From a bacterium (GTDB lineage Bacteria > RBG-13-61-14 > DATKZS01), in contig CAXXFL010000007.1 in assembly GCA_963674965.2 (NCBI GenBank), positions 800,001 to 864,000 on the forward strand: DNA of 64,000 nt, given 5' to 3'. The notes beneath the pieces are model-generated. The model was not told the origin of the DNA and made no database searches. It saw only the letters and a program-made list of their open reading frames with translations. Positions 46,355-57,278 of this stretch are shown here, piece after piece. The position numbers and the translations under genes were made by a program. Position 1 is the first letter of the stretch; every line of letters starts with the position of its first letter.

Positions 46355-47425
46355 ATGTGGGAAAAGCTTGACGGCATGGTCAAACGATTCGACGAGTTGG
46401 AGGGGCTTTTGGCTTCTCCCGAAATCGTGACCAACCCCGAGCGCCTGAAGAAGGTGGCCCAGGAACACTCCGAGGTGAGAAAGGTGGTCGAGGCTTATCG
46501 CCGCTATAAAAAAGTGGAGTCGAGCCTGACTGACGCCAAGGAATTGTCCCGCGGCGAAGACGCCGAGTTGGCGGAATTGGCCCGGGATGAAATCGACGGC
46601 CTCTCCGAGGACCTTGCCCGCCTGGAGGAGGAGCTCAAGGAACTTCTCATCCCGACGGACCCGCTGGACGGCAAGAATATTATCCTCGAGATCAGGGCGG
46701 GCACGGGGGGCGAGGAAGCCGCGCTTTTCGCCCGCGACCTGTTCGAGATGTACAGAAAATACGCGGAATCGAGGAAATGGAAAACCGAGATACTTTCCCT
46801 TAGCGCGGCCGAGGCCGGGGGCATCAAGGAATTGATCGCCATGATCTCGGGACGAGCGGTCTATGGCCGCCTGCGCTACGAAAGCGGGGTCCATCGCGTG
46901 CAGCGCGTTCCCGCGACCGAGTCCCAGGGCCGGGTCCATACCTCGGCCGCCACCGTGGCCGTGCTTCCGGAGGCCGAGGAAGTTGACGTCGATATCGATG
47001 AAACGGAACTGAACCTCGAGACCTTCCGGGCGGGCGGCCCCGGCGGACAGCACGTCAACACCACCGATTCCGCGGTAAGAATCACCCACAAACCCACCGG
47101 CCTCGTGGTTATCTGTCAGGACGAGAGGAGCCAGCATAAAAACAGGGCCAAGGCCATGAAGATACTTCGGGCACGCCTGCTTGACCTCGAGCGGGAACGG
47201 CAAAATAACGAGAGGGCTTCCATTCGCAAGGGCATGGTCGGCTCGGGCGACCGGTCCGAGCGAATCAGGACCTACAATTTCCCCCAGGGCAGAGTCACGG
47301 ACCACCGGGCCAACCTGACCTTGTACAAACTGGACTCCATCATGGAAGGAGAGTTGGACGATCTCGTCGAGCCTCTCTCCCAGCGCCATCGCGCCCAACA
47401 GCTCGCTGGGGATGGGGCCAGTTGA
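46355..47425 (+). CDS. prfA: Peptide chain release factor 1
   Basis: [25 protein letters not shown] (PxT), GGPGGQ, RTYNFPQ. Confidence 0.97.
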   Translation: MWEKLDGMVKRFDELEGLLASPEIVTNPERLKKVAQEHSEVRKVVEAYRRYKKVESSLTDAKELSRGEDAELAELARDEIDGLSEDLARLEEELKELLIPTDPLDGKNIILEIRAGTGGEEAALFARDLFEMYRKYAESRKWKTEILSLSAAEAGGIKELIAMISGRAVYGRLRYESGVHRVQRVPATESQGRVHTSAATVAVLPEAEEVDVDIDETELNLETFRAGGPGGQHVNTTDSAVRITHKPTGLVVICQDERSQHKNRAKAMKILRARLLDLERERQNNERASIRKGMVGSGDRSERIRTYNFPQGRVTDHRANLTLYKLDSIMEGELDDLVEPLSQRHRAQQLAGDGAS

Positions 47426-47588
47426 TTTCCGCCCGGGCGACTATTCCCGGTTGACGTTTAACGTCAAGGCACGCGCCTTTTCCCATCCGGCGCCGAAAAA
47501 AAAAGGTCGCCGTCCATATTGAATTTATTGCGATAATAATCTAATATCAGATTCAATAAGTACTAATCAATCTTGGAGGCGTTCCATC

Positions 47589-48311
47589 TTGGAAGACAAC
47601 GGCAGGAGATCAAACGTTAGAGTCAAGGCCAAATTGAAGGTCAGATTCAAGGACACAAGCGCCTTTATTTCCGAGTACACTCACAATATCAGCAAGGGCG
47701 GACTGTTCGTGCGCACCGGCAAGCCATGTGAGAAAAACTCGTTCGTACAGGTGATCCTTATCATGCCGGAGACGGAGAATGAGGTAAGCGCGGTCGGCGA
47801 GGTCATTCACGTGATCACTCCCGGCCAGGCAACCGATTCTCAGCCCTCGGGCATGGGCATAGAATTAAAGGAGATTTCCCAGGCCGACCAGAAGCTTATC
47901 GAGGACTTCATCCGGGACAAGCTTAAAAGCGACGCTGAGAAGGAATCTCTTGGCCGGCGCGAGCATCAAAGATACGAGACCAAAATACGGGTGCGCTTCG
48001 GCAGCAGGGAGGCCCTGGCCGAGGAATACACCCACAACATAAGTCACGGTGGCATATATATCCGGACCAAGTCGCCCAAAAAGCTGCGCGAAAAGCTGAT
48101 TATTATACTAACGCATCCCGATACCGGGGCCGAGATGGAACTGGAGGGGGAAGTGGTCAGGGTCGTCTCTGAGGACGAGTCCTACCGGACGGGACAGCCG
48201 GCGGGCATGGGTATCCGCTTTTTAACCATGGGTCACGATACAAAGGCCCAGATAACCGCCTTTATCAATTCCGAGTCGGTAACGAGGAACAAAAGAGTGG
48301 AGTTCGAGTAA
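47589..48311 (+). CDS. Tandem PilZ (TIGR02266-like) protein
   Basis: Two copies of RxxxR...EYTHNIS.GG.....GMGI; GGAGG before TTG. Confidence 0.88.
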   Translation: MEDNGRRSNVRVKAKLKVRFKDTSAFISEYTHNISKGGLFVRTGKPCEKNSFVQVILIMPETENEVSAVGEVIHVITPGQATDSQPSGMGIELKEISQADQKLIEDFIRDKLKSDAEKESLGRREHQRYETKIRVRFGSREALAEEYTHNISHGGIYIRTKSPKKLREKLIIILTHPDTGAEMELEGEVVRVVSEDESYRTGQPAGMGIRFLTMGHDTKAQITAFINSESVTRNKRVEFE

Positions 48312-48331
48312 ATCCTAAAAACGGCGCGTTA

Positions 48332-48359
48332 AAAAGCCGTTCTCCCGGGAACGGCTTTT
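48332..48359. terminator. Bidirectional terminator
   Basis: aaaagccgttct-cccg-ggaacggctttt between convergent genes. Confidence 0.75.
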
Positions 48360-48375
48360 CTCGTGGGAACCGACT

Positions 48376-49139
48376 TCATTCGCGCGAGAAGAGCCTCGAC
48401 TTGAGGTACTCCCTGTTCAGTCTCGCGATATTCACTATGGATATGGACTTGGGGCAAACCTCCTGGCACTCGGTGTAATTCGAGCAATTGCCGAACCCGA
48501 CCTCGTCCATCTTTTTGACCATGGCCGCCGCCCTGCGGGCCGCCTCCGGGCGCCCTTGCGGCAAAAGAGCCAGGTGAGACACTTTGGCCCCCACGAAAAG
48601 CATGGCCGAGGCGTTGGGACAGGCGGCCACGCAGGCGCCGCAGCCTATGCACTGGGCCGCGTCCATGGCCAGCTCCGCCGCCTCCTGCGCGATGGGGATG
48701 GCGTTGGCGTCCGGCGCCCCGCCCGCGGCGGCGGATATAAAGCCGCCGGCCTGGATGATCACGTCAAAGGCCCCCCTGTCCACGGCCAGGTCCTTGATTA
48801 CGCCGAAGGGCTTGGCGCGGAAAGGCTCGATAATGATGGTGTCGTTGTTCTTGAAGTGCCTCATGTGAAGCTGGCAAAGGGTCGTTCCCTTCTCGGGGCC
48901 GTGAGGGCGGCCGTTCACCACGGCGCCGCACATCCCGCAGATGCCCTCCCTGCAGTCGTGGTCGAAGGATATCGGGTCCGCGCCCTCCAGCGTGAGCTGC
49001 TCGTTAAGCACGTCCAGCATCTCGAGGAAAGAGGCGTCCGGGGATATCTCCTTCAACCGATATACCTCGAAGCCGCCCTTCTCCATGGGGCCCTTCTGGC
49101 GCCAAACCTTCACGTTGACCGCGATCGTCTTTGACTCGC

Positions 49140-49143
<4 letters not shown>
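48376..49143 (-). CDS. sdhB: Succinate dehydrogenase/fumarate reductase Fe-S subunit
   Basis: [34 protein letters not shown]. Confidence 0.95.
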
Positions 49144-51050
<1,907 letters not shown>

Positions 51051-51128
51051 CTTTGCCTCCATTCCGTGAATACCGGAGGGTTAAAGTGAATAACGTACAT
51101 CTTCGCCTTCCCCGCGCCTCGCGAGAAA

Positions 51129-51770
51129 TCAGGCGCTCATGAGAACGAATATGGGAAGGGAGCCGTAGCCGACCGCCACCGCGATGGCGAAGACGAAGCT
51201 CGCGGCCCTCACCAGCGGCGTGTACTTGGGGTGGTTGGCCCCCACCGTCTGAAAGGCGCTCCACAGGCCGTGCTCCACGTGCAGGGCCACGACGAGCATC
51301 GAGACCACGTAGAACAGGGCGTACAAGGGATTGGTGAGAACGCCCGACACTATCTCGGATATGGTATTGGCGTCATGGTCCGCGAAGTGGAAGTTCACGA
51401 GGTGGATGACGATGAAGAAAAACATGAAAACCCCGGTGTAGGGCATGAACCCCACGCCCAGGGTCTGGCGCTCCGACTTGTGCGTCACCGCGTAGCGCCG
51501 GGGACGGGCGGCCCGGTTCCGGATGAACAATAAAAGGCCCATGCCCACGTGAACGAGGGCGAAGAATAGAAGTCCCAGCTCCGCCAGGGTTATCAGGGGC
51601 CCGAGGGAATGAAGTTTTTCCGCGTAGGCGTTAAAGGACTCATGACCTCCGAACATGGTGAAGTTGCCGGCCAGGTGAGTGGTCAGAAAAAAACAAAAGG
51701 CCAGTCCGGTGACGGCCATCATCTGTTTCTTTCCGATTGAAGACCCGAGAAAGCTGATTATCCAGTCCAT
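51129..51770 (-). CDS. sdhC: Succinate dehydrogenase cytochrome b subunit (5-TM, b558 family)
   Basis: SSIGKK..MAVTGL, HL.GN, H..HG.WSAFQT.G; GGAGG before ATG 51770. Confidence 0.92.
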   Translation of the reverse strand: MDWIISFLGSSIGKKQMMAVTGLAFCFFLTTHLAGNFTMFGGHESFNAYAEKLHSLGPLITLAELGLLFFALVHVGMGLLLFIRNRAARPRRYAVTHKSERQTLGVGFMPYTGVFMFFFIVIHLVNFHFADHDANTISEIVSGVLTNPLYALFYVVSMLVVALHVEHGLWSAFQTVGANHPKYTPLVRAASFVFAIAVAVGYGSLPIFVLMSA

Positions 51771-51881
51771 CCTAACCTCCCGATCGGACCAGTGATTGGC
51801 AAGGCCCGGCGCCGCGGGCAATCTATTCACTTCGTAAAAACCCCGGCGGCGTCCGGGATCAATATAAATAACGATTGTTAT

Positions 51882-51911
51882 ATTATAGGGGACTCATGCT
51901 TAATAATGCAA
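51882..51911 (-). promoter_or_regulatory. Putative sigma70 promoter of sdhCAB
   Basis: Minus strand TTGCAT-18 nt-TATAAT. Confidence 0.5.
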
Positions 51912-51995
51912 ATGACTAATACCAAATATCCGACGATTACGCAAAAAACCTCACGGCATATTTGCCACGCGCCGCGAACGCGATTCGCGAGCGCC

Positions 51996-52628
51996 CTACT
52001 GGCTCCTTACGATCTTGAGGCAGACCATCTGGCAAAGGACCGTTATATCCTCGGCGGGCAGAAGGCCGATGGCCGACGAGTCGAACAGGATATTGATCTC
52101 GGCTGGAAACTCCTCGTCCGGCTCGTAGAGCACGAAGATATAATCGAGTCTCGGCAGGGCCCTGATCTTGAAGGCCAGGTCTCCATGTCCCTCGATCTTT
52201 TCCGCTCCTATCCTCATCGCCGCGTCGGCCAGATGAGGAAGACGAGACCCGAATACCGAAAGCAGTATCCCGGAGGTCCGCTTCAAGAAAACGGGGTAAT
52301 AGGGCGCGCCGTCCGGGACCTGCTTATAAGTGATAAGCTCGTTGGAGGGGCCGCCGCCGTCCGCCTTGACGAGGTAATGGAGGGCCACGATATTTTCCCA
52401 CGTCTCGGGCGCGGGTCCTCCATCGCCCGGCTCGAGGTCAAGGGATGACTCATCAAGCGCGTAGACGCGATCGATCATCTTCACTTGAATCTTGCCGCCC
52501 ACTCTGGCGAAGCCCGCTTTTTCCGCCTGGCCGCCGAGGTCCATGCTCTGGAGTTCCTCCTTGGCCAGGGCCAGTGAAGTCTCCTGGTTGGTCTGTCTGG
52601 GAAGCTCGTATTTCGATTTGTCCGGCAT
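51996..52628 (-). CDS. DUF3786-domain protein
   Basis: LHYL..A, ELITYKQVPDG..Y...F..R, ALPR, DEEFPA..NILFD, L.AEDI; start uncertain. Confidence 0.8.
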   Translation of the reverse strand: MPDKSKYELPRQTNQETSLALAKEELQSMDLGGQAEKAGFARVGGKIQVKMIDRVYALDESSLDLEPGDGGPAPETWENIVALHYLVKADGGGPSNELITYKQVPDGAPYYPVFLKRTSGILLSVFGSRLPHLADAAMRIGAEKIEGHGDLAFKIRALPRLDYIFVLYEPDEEFPAEINILFDSSAIGLLPAEDITVLCQMVCLKIVRSQ

Positions 52629-52661
52629 TTTATCACCCGCGGATAAACGCTCTTTCTTCTT

Positions 52662-52706
52662 GAAAAATGAAACGGCCCCAAGGACCTTTCGGTACCCGGG
52701 GGCCGC
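52662..52706 (-). terminator. Putative terminator after acsE
   Basis: Minus strand gcggcccccggg-...-ccttggggccgt followed by ttcattttt. Confidence 0.5.
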
Positions 52707-52738
52707 GTTCATTTATATAGTCATAAGATCGGGGGAGG

Positions 52739-53632
52739 TTATCCTTCCAGCCACGAGTCGGAATAGAGGGTCTCTCCCACGAGCACCTTGGCGGTGCGGT
52801 AGTATTTAAGCTGCTCCTCGGACAAGGAGTCGACGCCGACGGACTTTCCATCCATCACGTCGTAGGTTAACTGAACGATGTCCTCCTTGCCGCCCTTGGC
52901 GATGGCGATAAGGTCCTCGTCAAAGGCGTCCACGATGGCGGAGTACATCCCGTAGCGCATAAGCATGATGAGATAGGAGCGGTTGAGCCACTCCCGGAGC
53001 TCGGTGGGAGCGCCGTTGGAAATATTGGAAAGTCCGCAGGTGCTCTTGGCTCCCGGCACCAGGTCCTGCAGGGTCTTCATGAACTCGATGCAGGACTTGA
53101 CCTGGTTGATCTCGACCGACACGGGGCTGACGATGGGGTCGATCCACAGCCTCTCGTTGGGGAAGCCCAGCTCGGTGGCCTTCATCATGGCCTCGGCCGC
53201 GAACATGGCCCGCTCGTTCTCGTCGCGGGGCATGCCGTCGGGACCCCAGAGGACCACGATGATGTCGGCGTCGTACTTGGGCGCCAAGGGGAACACGCGC
53301 TCCATCTTGGCGGGCTGAAGGGTCACGGAGTTGATCAACGCGGTGCCGGGCTTGACGACCTTAAGGCCGGCCTCGACGGCGTCGCCGTTGTAAGAGTCCA
53401 GGGCCACGGGGTTGTCCACCGCCTCCTGGACCGCCTTGACCACGAAGGGCATGAGCTCCTGGCCGTCCTTGCGGGCGGGCCCGATGTTAAGGTCGATATA
53501 ATCGACGCCCTGCTCAGCCTCGGCCTTCGCCATGTCCTGAAGGGGGCCGGCGTTCCTTTCCTTCATGGCCGGACCAAGGGTCTTGGACATGACGTTGAGG
53601 TTTTCACCGATGGTTACGCACTTCATTTTCAC
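52739..53632 (-). CDS. acsE: Methyl-THF:corrinoid Fe-S protein methyltransferase
   Basis: IGENLN, YIDLNIG, LINS, IDP, GLSNISNG; position in acs operon. Confidence 0.92.
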   Translation of the reverse strand: MKMKCVTIGENLNVMSKTLGPAMKERNAGPLQDMAKAEAEQGVDYIDLNIGPARKDGQELMPFVVKAVQEAVDNPVALDSYNGDAVEAGLKVVKPGTALINSVTLQPAKMERVFPLAPKYDADIIVVLWGPDGMPRDENERAMFAAEAMMKATELGFPNERLWIDPIVSPVSVEINQVKSCIEFMKTLQDLVPGAKSTCGLSNISNGAPTELREWLNRSYLIMLMRYGMYSAIVDAFDEDLIAIAKGGKEDIVQLTYDVMDGKSVGVDSLSEEQLKYYRTAKVLVGETLYSDSWLEG

Positions 53633-53641
53633 TTTCCTTTC

Positions 53642-54979
53642 TTAGGACAAGTCTTTGAGGAAACCGGCGAGATGCGCCGCCTCGCGCGGACCGATGATGA
53701 TTTCCCAACCGGGCAGCTCCTCCTCGAGCTCGCCCGAGATGCTGGCGACCATGCCGGGGATGACGAGCCGTTTCTTGCCCATCTTGTCGGCCACGCCGCT
53801 CTTGAGGATCGCCGGTCCGATCAGGTCGGCCGCGAACTTGCCCGCCGCCCATCCGGTCAGGACCGAGAGCCCCTCGGTGTCGACCACTATGAGGCGCGCC
53901 GGGGACCTGCTCGTCTCCAGTTCCCCGGAGACGATGAAGTAGGTCAGCGAGAAGTTCGAGGTCACGAGAAGCGGAGAGTTCTCGTCGGGGTTGTTGAAAT
54001 CGTAAACGCCGGGCTCGGTGGCCATGGGCCTTTGCGGGTCGGTATATATGTTCATCCGCTCGACCAGGAGCGGGAACAGGTACTCGGCCTTGAGGTCGGA
54101 AAGGACCACGATACCCGCGTACTTGGGTATGAAGATCGAGGCGTAAAGGGCCTCCTTGAGCGGGTCGTCGGTCATCTCGCAGGGGAACGTGATAATCGGA
54201 TACCCCAGCGGCCGGAAAGTCTTCTTGATGGCCTGGCGGCGAATCTGAATCTGGTCCTTAAGCGCCTGCTTGATTTGCCTCGCGCCGGCGTCGATGAATA
54301 TCTTCTTCAGGCCGGCGGCCGCGAGCTTTTCGGTGACCGCGGCCACGCCGCCGAGTCCGTCGCCCTTGGCGGCCACGGGAACGTCCAGTTCCTTGGCCAG
54401 GGCGGCCATGGCGTCGACGTTGTCGGCCGTCGCCGCGTAGAGCAGGGGCTGCTTCGCCTTCAGGGGCTCGGCGGCCTTCTTGAGAGCGTCGAGGTTCCCG
54501 CTGACCAGGATCAGGGGCAGACCCGTTCCCTCGTCGGCCTTCTTGGCCAGGGCGGCGAGCTTGTCCGCGTCGTCGCTCTTGACGGCCACGAGGTCGCAGT
54601 GAAGGGCCACGCCCACGCGCTCGTACTTTAACTCGTTGGCGGCCTTGATCCTCGCGTCAACGGCGGCGGCGTCCATGGCGTCGGTGAGAAGGACCGCCAC
54701 TCCGGTCGGAGACACGAAGGTCTTCTCATGCCGGAACAGGATCGTCTCTCCGCCGGACTTGAACGCGCTATCGCCGGAGCCGATGGTGACGGGAAGCACC
54801 GGCGGCTGGCTCGACGCGCTAAGTTCTTCAGCGGCCGCCGAGTCCACGTGCGGGCACTGTGACAGTTCGGCCTTGCCCTGGGTGAGCTGCACGGCGAAAG
54901 CCATGCAGGTGGGCACGCCGCAGTCGCCGCAGTTGGTCTTCGGCAGCTTTTTGAAGATTTCAATTGGTGATACGCCCAT
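53642..54979 (-). CDS. acsC: Corrinoid Fe-S protein large (gamma) subunit
   Basis: LPKTNCGDCGVPTCMAFA..CP, FRHEKTF, NIYTDPQRP, TSNFSLTYF. Confidence 0.96.
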   Translation of the reverse strand: MGVSPIEIFKKLPKTNCGDCGVPTCMAFAVQLTQGKAELSQCPHVDSAAAEELSASSQPPVLPVTIGSGDSAFKSGGETILFRHEKTFVSPTGVAVLLTDAMDAAAVDARIKAANELKYERVGVALHCDLVAVKSDDADKLAALAKKADEGTGLPLILVSGNLDALKKAAEPLKAKQPLLYAATADNVDAMAALAKELDVPVAAKGDGLGGVAAVTEKLAAAGLKKIFIDAGARQIKQALKDQIQIRRQAIKKTFRPLGYPIITFPCEMTDDPLKEALYASIFIPKYAGIVVLSDLKAEYLFPLLVERMNIYTDPQRPMATEPGVYDFNNPDENSPLLVTSNFSLTYFIVSGELETSRSPARLIVVDTEGLSVLTGWAAGKFAADLIGPAILKSGVADKMGKKRLVIPGMVASISGELEEELPGWEIIIGPREAAHLAGFLKDLS

Positions 54980-55031
54980 TTGCTAACTCCTCCTTAAATA
55001 TTCCTCCCACGTGTTTCCAATTACCTTTGGC

Positions 55032-57242
55032 CTACATGAGCGGGTCCATGCTCAGAACGGGATGGCCCTTCTCGGTGATGTAGGCGAGAACTTCCTCCTC
55101 GGTGACGCCCACGGTCTCGTCGGCTATCTTATCGAGAAGGTCCGGGTGGCCCAGCTCGGCGGCCACCTTGTTGAAGCGCTCCGCGATCTCTTCCTTGAGC
55201 TTCTTGGGCATCCACACCATCCTGAGAATCCCGCCCTCGGCGGAGAGGAACTTCTTGGAGGTGATGTAGAATTTCGAGTGGCCCACGAAGCCGGGGGTCA
55301 CCGCGCCGCCGCCGACGGTGCCGGCGAGGGTGGTGAACTTCATGCCCACGGGGGTCATGCCCTTGTAGTCGCGGTCGACGGTCATGAATCCCTGGCAGGT
55401 CCAGAGCATGGCCGCGATGGCCTCGAAGCAGCCGCAGGAGGTCATGGGCTGGCGCAGGATGCCGTAGGCGTCAACCGACTCCACGTTGCCCCTGCTGGCC
55501 TTTTTCACGAACTCGTTAACGCCGGTCCAGACGCCGTAGGTCTTATCGATGATATCGCCCTTCTCGACGGGCTGGTTGGGACCGGTGGGGTTGATCTCGT
55601 TGCTGGCCTTGCAGTCGAGCCAGTTATAGGCGCCGCAAAGGCCAGGACGCTCCGGCGTGACCACGCACACGTGGTTGGGCGCGAAGCTCTGGCACAGGGT
55701 GCAGCTGTAGAAGGGGTCCGTCGTCTCGTCCTTCATGTCGGCCAGACGCTCGTCGCGGGTCTTGTACATGCCCCGGGCCTTCTCGGTCAGTTCCTTGACC
55801 TTGTCCTCCTCGGTGAAGATCGTTACCTGGACCTTGTCGAGGATCGAGCCGAAGTCGCCGTGGAACTTGGCGTGAAGTATCTTGCCGATATGCTCGAGGG
55901 CGAAGCCCTTTTCCACGGAACCCTTGTTGATGCGCACCCAGGCGATGTCGCGCTGCCCTATGTGCATGATGCCCTGGGCGTAGTTCAGAAGATGGTGTAT
56001 CTGGCGCTCCAGGATGGGCTCGAAGTCCTTCTGCATCTGGCGGCCCGCCACCTCGACGTATATGCCAAGGGCCATCCTGGTCCCGGGATCGATGTCCTTT
56101 AAGTCCTTGCCGATGACGGTGACCTTGCCGTCCTCGATCGCGTTCATGTCCTTCATCTCGACCAGCTCGACCGCCTGGGTCTTGCCGCCGCCCATCTCCG
56201 TGTAGATGTCGTCGCCGCGCACGCGCTCGCCCTCGAAGGCGGGACCGTAGGCCACGGGTACCGGTACCTTGGCGATGGTGACCTTAAGTCCGCGGACCTC
56301 GGTCGACTTGGCCACGATCTGGTCGTGGGGAACGTTGGAAATAACGTGCTCGTAAGTGCATATGCCGGTGGGCAGCACCTCGGGGATCGGCGTGTCGGCG
56401 ATGACCGGGAACCCGTAGTTGACCACGCCGGTGCCCTGGGCGTACCACTCGTCGGTAACCAGGCCCATGGTCATGGCGAAGGCGAAAACGCGGTCCTTGT
56501 TATAGATAAGGATCTTGCGGTAGTCGCCGGGCTCGATGCCGCCGAAGCTCATGGCCGCGCGGGTGGCGAAGCCGACCGCGAAGGCCGCGCCGGCGGCCGC
56601 GCTGTCGGAGAAGGGCACCAGACGGGTGCTCCAGCCGATGTCCATGCCCGCGTCGCGGAGCTGCTGGCTGAAGGTGTTCCCATGCTCGTCCTGGCCGCCC
56701 ATGAACACGTAAAGGCTCTTCTCGAGAAGCTCCTGGGCGATGTTCTTGGCGACCTCGGGGCTGGGGGCCGCGCCGAGAATGGCGGCGAAGCCGGGGGCCG
56801 AGCCGTCAACGAACTCGACGCCGCGCTTCCTGAGAATGATGTCGTCGGCCGCGCCGACCCAGAGCTTGTCGTCGGGCGGGTCCTCGCCCTGCGCGTAGTA
56901 GTTGGGGTCCTCGAGGTAGCGGATGGCCTCGGCCACCTCCGTCGCCCAGAAGTTGACCATGCCGGCGTCGAGGGCCGGGGCCAGGTATGGCAGGGGGTTG
57001 TTGGCCTTGGGCGCGGGGGGAAGGAGCTTCTTGCACATCCCGATGACGTCCATGGCGTCTTTCAGGTTCTCGACCTTCTTGCCCGTGATGCCGTAGGTAA
57101 TGGGAAGATAGTATCCGGTGTTGGGGAAACCTATCTCCTGTTTCTCTCCATGTTTATCTATAGCTTTTTTTACTTTTTCCTCGGCGTTGGCAACTATCTT
57201 GTGAGCGCCTCTTATCGCCGCGGACGCAATAATTTTAGACAC
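55032..57242 (-). CDS. acsB: Acetyl-CoA synthase subunit
   Basis: FPNTGYYLP, CTLCQSFAP, GLCGAY, MTSCGCFE A-cluster ligands. Confidence 0.97.
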   Translation of the reverse strand: MSKIIASAAIRGAHKIVANAEEKVKKAIDKHGEKQEIGFPNTGYYLPITYGITGKKVENLKDAMDVIGMCKKLLPPAPKANNPLPYLAPALDAGMVNFWATEVAEAIRYLEDPNYYAQGEDPPDDKLWVGAADDIILRKRGVEFVDGSAPGFAAILGAAPSPEVAKNIAQELLEKSLYVFMGGQDEHGNTFSQQLRDAGMDIGWSTRLVPFSDSAAAGAAFAVGFATRAAMSFGGIEPGDYRKILIYNKDRVFAFAMTMGLVTDEWYAQGTGVVNYGFPVIADTPIPEVLPTGICTYEHVISNVPHDQIVAKSTEVRGLKVTIAKVPVPVAYGPAFEGERVRGDDIYTEMGGGKTQAVELVEMKDMNAIEDGKVTVIGKDLKDIDPGTRMALGIYVEVAGRQMQKDFEPILERQIHHLLNYAQGIMHIGQRDIAWVRINKGSVEKGFALEHIGKILHAKFHGDFGSILDKVQVTIFTEEDKVKELTEKARGMYKTRDERLADMKDETTDPFYSCTLCQSFAPNHVCVVTPERPGLCGAYNWLDCKASNEINPTGPNQPVEKGDIIDKTYGVWTGVNEFVKKASRGNVESVDAYGILRQPMTSCGCFEAIAAMLWTCQGFMTVDRDYKGMTPVGMKFTTLAGTVGGGAVTPGFVGHSKFYITSKKFLSAEGGILRMVWMPKKLKEEIAERFNKVAAELGHPDLLDKIADETVGVTEEEVLAYITEKGHPVLSMDPLM

Positions 57243-57278
57243 GGCAAATACCTCCTTTTCTTTTTATCAGGCTAAGCC

